41,847 bases of DNA from Mesotaenium endlicherianum (lineage: Eukaryota). Every line of letters starts with the position of its first letter. The stretch's first letter is position 1. The stretch spans positions 1 through 41,847 of the forward strand of contig WELA01002904.1 of NCBI GenBank assembly GCA_009602735.1, written 5' to 3'. Below the pieces are notes generated by a model, which saw only the letters and a program-made list of their open reading frames with translations, ran no database searches and was not told the DNA's origin. The position numbers and the translations under genes are program-made. This document shows positions 19,301 through 27,286 of this stretch, one piece after another.

Positions 19301-22300
19301 GAAGTGGCTGTAGCGATAACGCTTCAGGAAAATGGGCTCCTGCGACGTGAGAGTAATCCGCATGGGGTCCCCCCTGTAGCGCCCGAGATCGTGCATGCCG
19401 CTGGCAAAGCTGGTGCTGCGCCTCTCGTCCAGCAGTGTCGTCAACTGTGCAGCCTGTGCCTTGGTGAGTGTCCCCCCCAGCTTCCATGTCGGTGGAGCTG
19501 GTGGCGTCGCCTGGCCTGCAGCTGGAGTCTCTTGTCTTGCCGCTGGGGTAGACTGTGGTGCTGCAGGTGTCACCTGCCCTGCAGCGGTTGGCGCTCGGCC
19601 TGCCGCGGGTACCTGCACCGTGGCAGCTGCGGCCAGCTGCCTGGCACCGTCTGCCTGCGAGCGAGGAAAAAGAAAAGGTGACTGGGACTCCCTGGGTCGC
19701 TGTGAGGACTCCTCTCTCCGCCGGCCCCCCCCCAGCGAACCAGAGTCCTCCCCGCGCGGCGGCGGGGAGGGGGGGCGGGTGCGCGCTTGCGGTGCAGACC
19801 CTGCGCGTCGATGATGCCACGTCGTGCCGGGCGGGGCCTGATTGTCATCGTCGGTGGAGTCATCGTCCATATCATCGGCAGGCCGAGGGAGCTCGGGATG
19901 CCGGGCTGCGGCGCAGAGAGGCGCCAAGGCTTGCGTCTGCAGCAGAATCCACGTGAGGACGTTGGCGTCGATGGCCTGCCCCAAGAGGCGAATGCGGTTC
20001 ACCTCAGTGAGACCGTCCACATGCGTGAGATGCGGTGGAAAGCCCATGGCACACTCCATCTCTGCAGGGCGTGGCCTGTCAAACATGCCAGTCTCTAGGT
20101 CGATGACCATCCCTCGCTGATCTCCGACGAAGGCGTCGCTGTCATAGCGGCTGACAAAAGTCGGCAGCGCGCGAGTGACGTCATGCAGGACCTCACATTG
20201 CGCCATGGAGGGATGTGGCAGCGCCGTCACGCGCTGGGCCAGACGAGGGGCATCAAGGATGGAGTCAACGGTGCGTGTGTGACGTGGATGAGAGGCGGCC
20301 AACGCCCCGAGAGTGCCTGGCATCGCCAAGTTTGTGAAGTAGGCGCGGACGCGGTGCGCGAAGGAACCAATCTGGGCAGCGTCGATGACGGCCTCGCGGT
20401 CGACGTAGCTGCTGCAAAGAGCGAAGTCGGCGCTAACATCGGGACGGCGATCGTGGCGTGCGGCCACGTTCTCCAGGACCCACGCGAGTGTGTGTGGCGG
20501 CTGGCGCTCCTCAACAATGTTGAGGACGCGGAGCAAGTGCCAGAAGAGGGCCGTGCGGGGATCGCTGAGCGCCCTGCCACGCCCGGCTCTGGAGAAGCCC
20601 TGGCACTCCCAACCGGCGATGACGAGATCAACGGGCCCAAGTCGGGTGACATGCTCGACGGTGATGTCGCGGATGTCCATGGGCCAGTCTGTCTGAGCGC
20701 GGCGGAATGCGTGCGCGGGAAGGAGGTCAGGGAATCGCTCGTGGCCCAACGCCATCTGTCGACGGGCCACCTGCTGGGCCTCTGGATCGGGATCGACGTA
20801 GACGTAGCGGCGCACCGGGATGCCGGCCTGTAAGGTCGCGAGTAACCCGGTGGCGATGCCGGCAAAGAGCCCGACGAGGACGATGCCGCCAGGTCGCTCG
20901 TTCAGAGCGTCTGCGCAGATAGGAGTCGGAAGTGGGCGACACCCCACGGCAAGGGTGCCGGGCTGAGCGGGCGGCGGGAAGGTACGCTCGGCGCTGTGCT
21001 GATGTGGCGCCATGCGGAGGGCGGCCACAGCATGGTCTGCGTAGTCACGCGTAAGGTTGGGGATGCGGTCAGTGAGCGGCTGCGGTCGCTCTCCCCATGC
21101 GTGGTCCTGGTAGGTGCGCCACCACAGGCGCGCATCCTGCAGGGCTGTGGGAGAGACAGCGCGGGCCTGATGTCGAGCCGAGGCCACGCACAGATGCTGC
21201 CACCTGTCGCGCTGGGCGCGGTCAGTCTGGTGCGAGGCCGCGTGGGCCAGCTGGTCGAGAACGGGACGCTGAGTCAAGTAGGGGTGCGGGTCGTAGTAGG
21301 CCCGCTGGCGTACGCGCATGTCTGCAGAAGGGACTGTGCAAACGGAGCGCTCGGAGTTGTCGACCTCCTGCGGGGATCGAACCAGCCGGCAAGGGGCCAG
21401 CTGGACTCGCGGCCGGGGCTGCCCTCGTGGGACGGGCGCGTCCCGGGGCTTCCGGAGACTAGACATGAGCCGTGTGCGTGCGGCGGCCGTAAAGGGGTGA
21501 CGACTGGGCGGCCTGCTGTTGGTGCGGGCCACCTTGGGAGGAGGTGACCCGGAGGGACCGTCGCCAGCGATGTGGCTGCAAGGGACGCTGACGCGCGGAG
21601 CTGTAGGGGCCAGCATCACGAAATGCGCCTCGGAAGAAGACTGAGTGTCGTCGCCAGCTGAGAGGGACCGGAAGGGCGGAGTGCGGCGTCGGTCTCGAGG
21701 GTCGTCGTATGGCGGCGTGTCCCCGTGGGTCCGCGTGTCGTCGTAAGGAGGTGTGCGGTCCCTGTCGTCGTAGGGTGGCGTGACGAAGCGGGCGCGCGTC
21801 TCGCGGAGGGGAGTCACCTCTCGCGCCTCGCAAAGGGGTGTGAGCGATCGGGAGCGGCTCGTCTCGCGGAGAGGAGTGGTCTCTCGAGCAGGTCCGATGG
21901 TCGGCCAAGTGCGATGTGCGTAGGTCAGATGGGCGCAGATAGACGGGGTCGTGCGGCGTGGCTCGCGGACGCTCAGCCTCGGCGCTGGCTGCTGTATGGA
22001 GTGTGCGCCAGCGCTAGAGGAGGCCGCGGCAGCCTGGCTCGTCGCAAACAAATGCGCGATGCGGCGACACTCGTGGCTCGTCGAGCAGTCGTGTGACACT
22101 GGTCGGCTGGGTCCAGCGGCGTCGGTGCAAGCCCTGCTGAGCCAGTCGTGAGTCATGGGCTGGCTGGGTACGCTGAAGCCGGGCGGACCAGTAGGTGTGC
22201 GCCGCCTGCGTGTTGTAGGCGCAGTTGGCGGGGGCTCTTCGGGTGGCGCCGCGCTGAGGGCCTCGACGGAAGCCTCTGGCAGTCGTTCCCACTGCGTCTC

Positions 22301-24001
22301 CTCCTCACTTGTGTGGGACTGGTCGTCGGATTTGCCAGGACAAGTTGCCTGCCGCATAGCCTCGTCTTCGGATGCCGTGGGGCAAGGCCAGGTCTCGCCG
22401 GTCTGATGCGAGGTGTCGTGCGGGGGCGGCTGAGAGTCCATACTGTACTGAATGGCCACGCCAACAGGCACGTCGTGGCGAACGCGGACGTCGGTCCTCG
22501 CGGACGGTTCGCCTCGAGTGGCCGAGACCCCCCCGTGATGAGTCGTAGGCGCTGCGACTGCACCGCGGGCAAGGGCGGCGGCAGCAATGGCTGTGCTGGC
22601 CGTGGCGAGGGCCTCAGTGGCATCATCCGCCATCTGCCGCATCATCGCGCTGTGGGCAGTGCAGATGCGGATCTGCTCCCTGGCCTGGGCTGCCAGGACA
22701 TCCGCCTGCTGCTGCGGCGTGAGATGGAGCTCGGCACTAGGTAGGTCCGGCTCCTCGTCCTGTGACTCGAGCAGGTCCACCCCCACAGAGATCTCCTCGT
22801 CCTCGGGCCCGTCCTTATTGGTCTTGACCACTGGCCGGCCATCGTCCAGCCCCATGAAGCCATAAAGAGCGGACACTGCTGGGCGGCGATCGACAATGTC
22901 AAGGGGCAAGGATGCGGTGCGCGTCCCCCCTGTCCTCCATTCGGGGCGATAGAAGACGCGCTCTGCCCAGTTGTCGACCGCGGCGCCAATGGGAAAGAGC
23001 ACGTCCTGCCTTAGGAGCACATCAAAGGACTCGGAAGGAGTGACGAGTGCGTGCCGATGGATGGTCGTCTCGTCTGCCGTGCCTGGGCGCAGAGTGAACG
23101 GTAGCGCCAACCTCGTGCGGCCGGCGACGGTCTCGGACGTACCGGCGGCGGTGTTAATGCGCGTCGGAGAGTCCTCCAAGTCAGCAGAAGAGAGTCCCAG
23201 CTGACGGAAGTAGCGGAGGCTGATGAGGACCGGCTGCGCTCCTGTGTCAATCATGATGCGCTGCGGCGCTTGGGTGTTGACGAGCACGATCCCCTGCGAA
23301 TTATCCAAAAACGCGACGTTAGGAGTGCTGATCATTTTGCGCTCATGCGCAGGGCGCGCGGGCGTGGATCGCACCGCGGTGGCGGCATCGGCCGTCGGTC
23401 TCCTGGCGGCGGTGCGCAGCGTGGCTCTGCGTGACTGGAGCATCAGCTGAGCGGCCTGCCTCGTTGCCTCCATGGAGACGCCGAGCTCTGCGAAGGAGAC
23501 CGCCGGCATGCGGTGCAGCGCCAGAGAGATGACCTCCGCGCTGAGCTGTACCGTCGTCATAGGTGAAGCGAGCGCATGAGGCGTCGGCTCAGCTGAGATC
23601 GTGGAGGGATCTAGGATGCGGAAGGAACGGGGGAGCCGGGGTGTCTCCTTCGTCCGGCGTCCTTGGTCTGGCCCGACGCGCTTCTGTGGAACAACGGGCC
23701 GACTGATCGGTGCGGCGAGCGTGTGCTCGCGGCTCGCGCGCCTGACTGTGGAGCGATTGCCGAGTGGCTGCGCGCGTGCGCAGCAGGCCAGAATGGCTGC
23801 TGCTGGCGCAGCCGGCAAACTTGCCGCGTATCCGGCCGCGGGGACTGTAACAGTGCCGTCTGCGAAGCCTGCCGCGAGGCCTGCTGCGCAGCCTGCCGCG
23901 CAGTCTGCCGTACTGTCGGTCGCAGGACCTGTTGCGCAGCCCGCTGCAAGTCCTGCCGCCCAGCCTGTCGCGAGGTCGGTTGCGCAGCCTGCCGCAGGTT
24001 C
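16391..24001 (-). CDS. pol: Element E polyprotein: aspartic protease, linker, DNMT, RT, RNase H, integrase, PHD (5' end lies in an N gap)
   Basis: IMIDTGAQ protease; MPFGLKNAP and YIDD RT; HTDWSQAG RNase H; HESLGH, DLAG, TDQG and AERMV integrase; open for ~7.6 kb. Confidence 0.94.
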   Translation of the reverse strand, partial: EPAAGCATDLATGWAAGLAAGCATGPATDSTADCAAGCAAGLAAGFADGTVTVPAAGYAASLPAAPAAAILACCARAQPLGNRSTVRRASREHTLAAPISRPVVPQKRVGPDQGRRTKETPRLPRSFRILDPSTISAEPTPHALASPMTTVQLSAEVISLALHRMPAVSFAELGVSMEATRQAAQLMLQSRRATLRTAARRPTADAATAVRSTPARPAHERKMISTPNVAFLDNSQGIVLVNTQAPQRIMIDTGAQPVLISLRYFRQLGLSSADLEDSPTRINTAAGTSETVAGRTRLALPFTLRPGTADETTIHRHALVTPSESFDVLLRQDVLFPIGAAVDNWAERVFYRPEWRTGGTRTASLPLDIVDRRPAVSALYGFMGLDDGRPVVKTNKDGPEDEEISVGVDLLESQDEEPDLPSAELHLTPQQQADVLAAQAREQIRICTAHSAMMRQMADDATEALATASTAIAAAALARGAVAAPTTHHGGVSATRGEPSARTDVRVRHDVPVGVAIQYSMDSQPPPHDTSHQTGETWPCPTASEDEAMRQATCPGKSDDQSHTSEEETQWERLPEASVEALSAAPPEEPPPTAPTTRRRRTPTGPPGFSVPSQPMTHDWLSRACTDAAGPSRPVSHDCSTSHECRRIAHLFATSQAAAASSSAGAHSIQQPAPRLSVREPRRTTPSICAHLTYAHRTWPTIGPARETTPLRETSRSRSLTPLCEAREVTPLRETRARFVTPPYDDRDRTPPYDDTRTHGDTPPYDDPRDRRRTPPFRSLSAGDDTQSSSEAHFVMLAPTAPRVSVPCSHIAGDGPSGSPPPKVARTNSRPPSRHPFTAAARTRLMSSLRKPRDAPVPRGQPRPRVQLAPCRLVRSPQEVDNSERSVCTVPSADMRVRQRAYYDPHPYLTQRPVLDQLAHAASHQTDRAQRDRWQHLCVASARHQARAVSPTALQDARLWWRTYQDHAWGERPQPLTDRIPNLTRDYADHAVAALRMAPHQHSAERTFPPPAQPGTLAVGCRPLPTPICADALNERPGGIVLVGLFAGIATGLLATLQAGIPVRRYVYVDPDPEAQQVARRQMALGHERFPDLLPAHAFRRAQTDWPMDIRDITVEHVTRLGPVDLVIAGWECQGFSRAGRGRALSDPRTALFWHLLRVLNIVEERQPPHTLAWVLENVAARHDRRPDVSADFALCSSYVDREAVIDAAQIGSFAHRVRAYFTNLAMPGTLGALAASHPRHTRTVDSILDAPRLAQRVTALPHPSMAQCEVLHDVTRALPTFVSRYDSDAFVGDQRGMVIDLETGMFDRPRPAEMECAMGFPPHLTHVDGLTEVNRIRLLGQAIDANVLTWILLQTQALAPLCAAARHPELPRPADDMDDDSTDDDNQAPPGTTWHHRRAGSAPQARTRPPSPPPRGEDSGSLGGGRRREESSQRPRESQSPFLFPRSQADGARQLAAAATVQVPAAGRAPTAAGQVTPAAPQSTPAARQETPAAGQATPPAPPTWKLGGTLTKAQAAQLTTLLDERRSTSFASGMHDLGRYRGDPMRITLTSQEPIFLKRYRYSHFEDGLISAQTGKLEDSRLIRESSSRYAAPTVMPAKKDASGNWSEKRMCGDYRRLNEVTEQDRYPMPTPDEIFDDIGTCTWFSVLDLRQGFNQIPIAEEDQHKTAFWGAQRLYEWVVMPFGLKNAPATFQRVMDKELVGLSFARCYIDDVLVFSQTFEEHVVHITTVLDRLEAAGLKCHPGKCTFETREVEYLGHLLSSSGLATQLAKISAITGIPPPTDLSQLRAFLGIANYYRRFVPGFSELAKPLNDLLRKGVAYVWGPEQQAAFDKLKELLVSAPVLRRPDYAKPFILHTDWSQAGLGAVLVQEHDGFEHVVAYASRSNNRAEGNYGSYEGECLAAVWAIVHFRHYLYGTHFRLVTDHQPLKWLMTSERLTGKYARWALILQEYTFDVHHRPGSTNLDADGLSRNPLPSSRDLTVAHHDEDEPVAWHAAAFLAFTVDGDVRPAGLTSLDMVTVTTRQLALAAAEDQDSWQRGPEDVWDDAPVLQYVTAKDLAPDVSARERDRILRRSRNFIFMEGRVRRVMADGSILVVPEPAIRSQLVRRVHESLGHFGVKRTLSLLQAEYWWHGMTKVVAAVVSSRTLCDRVRLSFTARTVALGPLPIQGLFYRWLLDLAGELPKSRQGNLYVLVMIEHMSKWIELVPLPSKASEGIAQAFLNQVLSRFGGCAEVLTDQGKEFQGSFQKLLERSMIDHRTTSRDHPQVDGLAERMVQTVKLGLRKYCLAHDRTYWDDALPWLAMRYRFSKQASLASHPPYFLLYGRQPILPAAARTVAENVLDLDSPDTWSALIGQRAQLFRRLMPMAMDNLSIAQHRDILRYAMTRGGAYHPRALQFSVGDFVYLRRQTKNSLDTSSSPVILRVKRALASGVLELEGADGRLHKDHTKNCGPCHLPNLDLQVRPRDARPPKDWACQICHSAGQEAKMLLCDSCNLGFHIGCLDPPLARVPADDWFCEDCTKLALGSVHSPSARG
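16439..16573 (-). other. PHD finger (C4HC3) at the C-terminus of the E integrase
   Basis: CQIC...LLCDSCNLGFHIGCLDPPLARVPADDWFCEDC. Confidence 0.93.
19940..20890 (-). other. DNMT3-like C5 cytosine methyltransferase domain within the E polyprotein
   Basis: Motif I LFAGIATG; DIRDI; IV DLVIAGWECQGFS; VI LENV; VIII AHRVRAYFTNL; IX EMECAMGFP; X RIRLLGQAID. Confidence 0.92.
21670..21890 (-). repeat. Coding repeats TPLRE(T) and TPPYDD in the protease-DNMT linker
   Basis: RETTPLRETSR..TPLCE..TPLRETR..TPPYDD x3..TPPF. Confidence 0.75.
23855..23998. repeat. Degenerate 12-bp coding minisatellite next to the assembly gap
   Basis: GCCTGCCGCGCA-like units encoding (C/L)AAG repeats. Confidence 0.75.
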
Positions 24002-24426
24002 NNNNNNNNNNNNNNNNNNNNNNNNNNNNNNNNNNNNNNNNNNNNNNNNNNNNNNNNNNNNNNNNNNNNNNNNNNNNNNNNNNNNNNNNNNNNNNNNNNN
24101 NNNNNNNNNNNNNNNNNNNNNNNNNNNNNNNNNNNNNNNNNNNNNNNNNNNNNNNNNNNNNNNNNNNNNNNNNNNNNNNNNNNNNNNNNNNNNNNNNNNN
24201 NNNNNNNNNNNNNNNNNNNNNNNNNNNNNNNNNNNNNNNNNNNNNNNNNNNNNNNNNNNNNNNNNNNNNNNNNNNNNNNNNNNNNNNNNNNNNNNNNNNN
24301 NNNNNNNNNNNNNNNNNNNNNNNNNNNNNNNNNNNNNNNNNNNNNNNNNNNNNNNNNNNNNNNNNNNNNNNNNNNNNNNNNNNNNNNNNNNNNNNNNNNN
24401 NNNNNNNNNNNNNNNNNNNNNNNNNN
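24002..24426. other. Assembly gap (N run)
   Basis: Run of n bases; true length unknown. Confidence 0.99.
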
Positions 24427-24710
24427 CCAAGTGGCGGCACGTGCGCGGCAGGGGCTGAGCCTTGGATGTGCGCAGCTGCGGGTGCGCTGTCGACGCTGCT
24501 GCCGGCGATCCGACCGCACAGCGCGGTCAGGACCCCCCCTTGTTGACCGAGGGTGGCGGCCGCTGCGGCCGTCGCTGCGTTGGCAGTGCAGGCCTGCGCG
24601 CATGCGACACTTGGCAGCGCGTGGGTGCAGCTGCTGTGCGCAGCTGCAGCTGCCGCTGCAACGACGTCGTGGCGTCGCCGGGTGTGCCGTGTACCTGGAC
24701 GCACATTGCG

Positions 24711-26078
24711 CTAGGCGCGCGTGGGAGCCCGCGCGAGTGCGTGCAGGCTGCTGTTTGCAGAAGCGCCTGCAGCTCTGGCAGCGGATGCTACGCCGTTGCG
24801 CGGAAGTGCCCGGGGCTGCGGTGCTGCCGATAAGCGTGATGGGTGCGCTGAAGCTGTGCGTGCACCAGCTGTCATTGCCGTGGCGTAGGGCGGAGGAACG
24901 GACGCGAGGAGTGCTCCACACGCGTCATAGTTACCGACGTCGATGAGGCCACGGAGTCTAGCGATCTCCGCGTTGGCCTCCACGAGGGCGTCGCTGACGT
25001 CGTCGAAGCTGCAGTAGTCGGCTCCAGGCATCAATGCGGCGTCTGTCGTGGCCGTAGCTGCTGCCATAGCGGGGCGGCCACCCGTACGAGGGTTGCGTGT
25101 GCCTTGCTGTCCTGCTGAAGGCGCAAGGCCGTCGCGAGCGCGTCCGTTCTCGACGTCGCGCTTCTTCTGCAGACAGACGATCTGTAGGTGGCCGGCCTTG
25201 CCACAATAGGTGCAGTCGCCGGGCTTGCCATTCTGCGCGAGAGTGCAGTTCTGGCGTGAGTGGCCCATCTTACCGCAGGACCAGCAGGGATCGCTCGTGG
25301 TGGCAGCCATGGAAATGCGGCCACGCGTAGCTCCGCGCTGCTGCGTCTGCTGGGGCAGCTGAGAGCGCTGAGGCTGCTGCTGCTGCGACGGGGGCTGGCG
25401 GGCCGGCGTCGTGCGCGTCGTAGAAGACGGCAGCACTGAGGCCTCCTGGCGCACGCCCGTGGATGCTAAGCCCACACGATCGCTAATGTTGCTTCGTGCG
25501 GCGGCCAAGCTCTGCTTCTCAACGGAGAGGTAGGCCTGCTCCAGAGAATCCTCTGAACCGTGGCGGTCGATGAGGGGGACTACGGCCCTCTCCCTGAGAC
25601 GCGGCTCGGCGGCACGCAAAAAGATCTCCGCGACCTCCCGGTCAGTGACGGTGCCGACATCGCGGCGGAGGTGCACCAAGCGGCGGTACATCATGCGGAT
25701 AGTCTCGTTCTTGCGTCGAAAGAAATGGTGCAGCTCGTACACCTTCTCTTCAGTTGCAGCCTGGAACTCTGTCTTCAGGATGTTCCAGAAGGCTTGCACT
25801 GGATCAGCTAGCAAGGTCGCCACTGGTGGGTCACCCACAAGCTCAGTGCGGGTCCGGAGCTCGGCCTCCTTCTCACGGAAGGTGTCGCGGGCCTCGTGCG
25901 AGAGGTAGCGCATAAGCGTGTCGAAGACGTCGCGTTTAGTCAGCGTGGGTGTCTTGAGCTTTGCAGCCGCGAAGTCAGCCTGAAACTCCGAGATAGTATC
26001 TTCCAGATCACAGGTGCCTGGCCTACCGCTAAAGCGGTAGGCGGACCTGTCAGTCCTGACCTCTTGGTCACCTGTCAT
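24711..26078 (-). CDS. gag: Gag of element E with two CCHC zinc knuckles
   Basis: CWSCGKMGHSRQNC and CTYCGKAGHLQIVC; probable ATG at 26078 (MTGDQEV). Confidence 0.82.
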   Translation of the reverse strand: MTGDQEVRTDRSAYRFSGRPGTCDLEDTISEFQADFAAAKLKTPTLTKRDVFDTLMRYLSHEARDTFREKEAELRTRTELVGDPPVATLLADPVQAFWNILKTEFQAATEEKVYELHHFFRRKNETIRMMYRRLVHLRRDVGTVTDREVAEIFLRAAEPRLRERAVVPLIDRHGSEDSLEQAYLSVEKQSLAAARSNISDRVGLASTGVRQEASVLPSSTTRTTPARQPPSQQQQPQRSQLPQQTQQRGATRGRISMAATTSDPCWSCGKMGHSRQNCTLAQNGKPGDCTYCGKAGHLQIVCLQKKRDVENGRARDGLAPSAGQQGTRNPRTGGRPAMAAATATTDAALMPGADYCSFDDVSDALVEANAEIARLRGLIDVGNYDACGALLASVPPPYATAMTAGARTASAHPSRLSAAPQPRALPRNGVASAARAAGASANSSLHALARAPTRA

Positions 26079-27286
26079 GGGATACCAGAAATCGTAGTGA
26101 GCCCACAACTGCCGTGTGCTGGAGAGCAGGTTGCTCTTCTTCGGCAAGTTCAGTGACAGTGCTGAGATCTGAGTCTGAGTCTTCTCCACTAACCCCTTCG
26201 TAGTATGGCTGATAAGAAAGCCCACTACGGGTAGGCATACGCTGAAGGTTCTAATTGCTTGCAGGCAAAGAGAGATCTTTTAGAAGTAAGGGATTTGTAC
26301 TCTCCAGAGTGAGCACCTCAAGATTGTAATCTGGTAGGAAAACAACTAATGAAGTATGGCCCAAAAGATCACTGGAAGCACATCATGATCTTCAGAGTAG
26401 TCCTATGGCAAGGGCTTAAGCTGTGACTTTGCTCACCACTTGTGAAGTTCTTCAAGTGACTGGAAGCCTGGAGGGCTTGCTCTTCACAAGAGAGTAACTA
26501 AGTGGTCCTGAAAACACAAGAGATAAAAGTGTAAGCTTTACTGATAATCTCTGTTACTTACACCTGGCATAATGGACTTCTAAAAGATGTCTCTTCTAGG
26601 GACATCTCTAGTACTTATACTCCTGGAAATCCGGCGGGGTATGCGGCGGATCCAATGCATGTAGTCACTCTAGGAGGCTCTCCTATGTCCACTAATGTGT
26701 ACAAGGCATGTACTAGCACTCCTATAGGCTAAGCATAACTCAAACCAATCAAAGCAAGGTGCGTAGGATATGCTACGTGTTCCTCATTGGCCGAGCTTAC
26801 CTTGGGTGATTCTACCTAGATAGCGCCTCAAAAGTGGATCTGGAAATTGAGGAAGCTTCCTCTAGGAGTAGGTGATGCAGTCACCAAGTTATAGCCTCAA
26901 TGATGCACATATACTATGGAAATGCAAAGCTTATGTAGGCTAAGGGGCTCGCGGATTTGTGCGCACAAGCTAGGGGTTTTAGGGGGTCACGAATAGGCAA
27001 GAATGTGCACATTGAAACACAAATTGCCCTTTGGTGAGGATCCGCTAGGGGCCGGTAGGTGACGCGGACTAGATCGCTCATATCTCGCGCGATACATGAC
27101 CAAATGACGCGAACCCGGTGCCATTCGGAAGGTGACTCGACGCGCTACGCTTTGGTGACTTGGAAATTGAGAAAAGGTCAACATATGGATGCGGAAAGTC
27201 TATGCAAAGTCGACCTTCTTAGCTTGATGGTTCACACATGTGGAGCTCGATTTCGTGCGGCAACCTCGACTCAATAAATCATGACA

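Larger units (their letters stand above)
16241..27286 (-). mobile_element. Element E: GC-rich Ty3/gypsy-like retroelement carrying a C5 cytosine methyltransferase and a PHD finger
   Basis: TGTTGTG...CATGACA ends; ACGG at 16237-16240 and 27287-27290; removal restores the host RT frame [11 protein letters not shown]. Confidence 0.9.

Noticed and set aside
19940..20890. Bacterial restriction-modification methylase or contamination
   Set aside because: The domain is fused in frame to gypsy pol, is DNMT3-like, and lies in an element inserted with a TSD into a eukaryotic retrotransposon
23855..23998. CRISPR-like or regulatory array
   Set aside because: Degenerate in-frame 12-mers without spacers, in a eukaryotic retroelement context
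16429..26156. Many overlapping alternative-frame ORFs in element E, including those spanning the N gap
   Set aside because: Expected from high GC content and N translation; none carries motifs
26425..26445. Possible PBS for element E (TGGTGAGCAAAG on the minus strand)
   Set aside because: The adjacent sequence does not match E's 3' terminus and I cannot match it to a tRNA end
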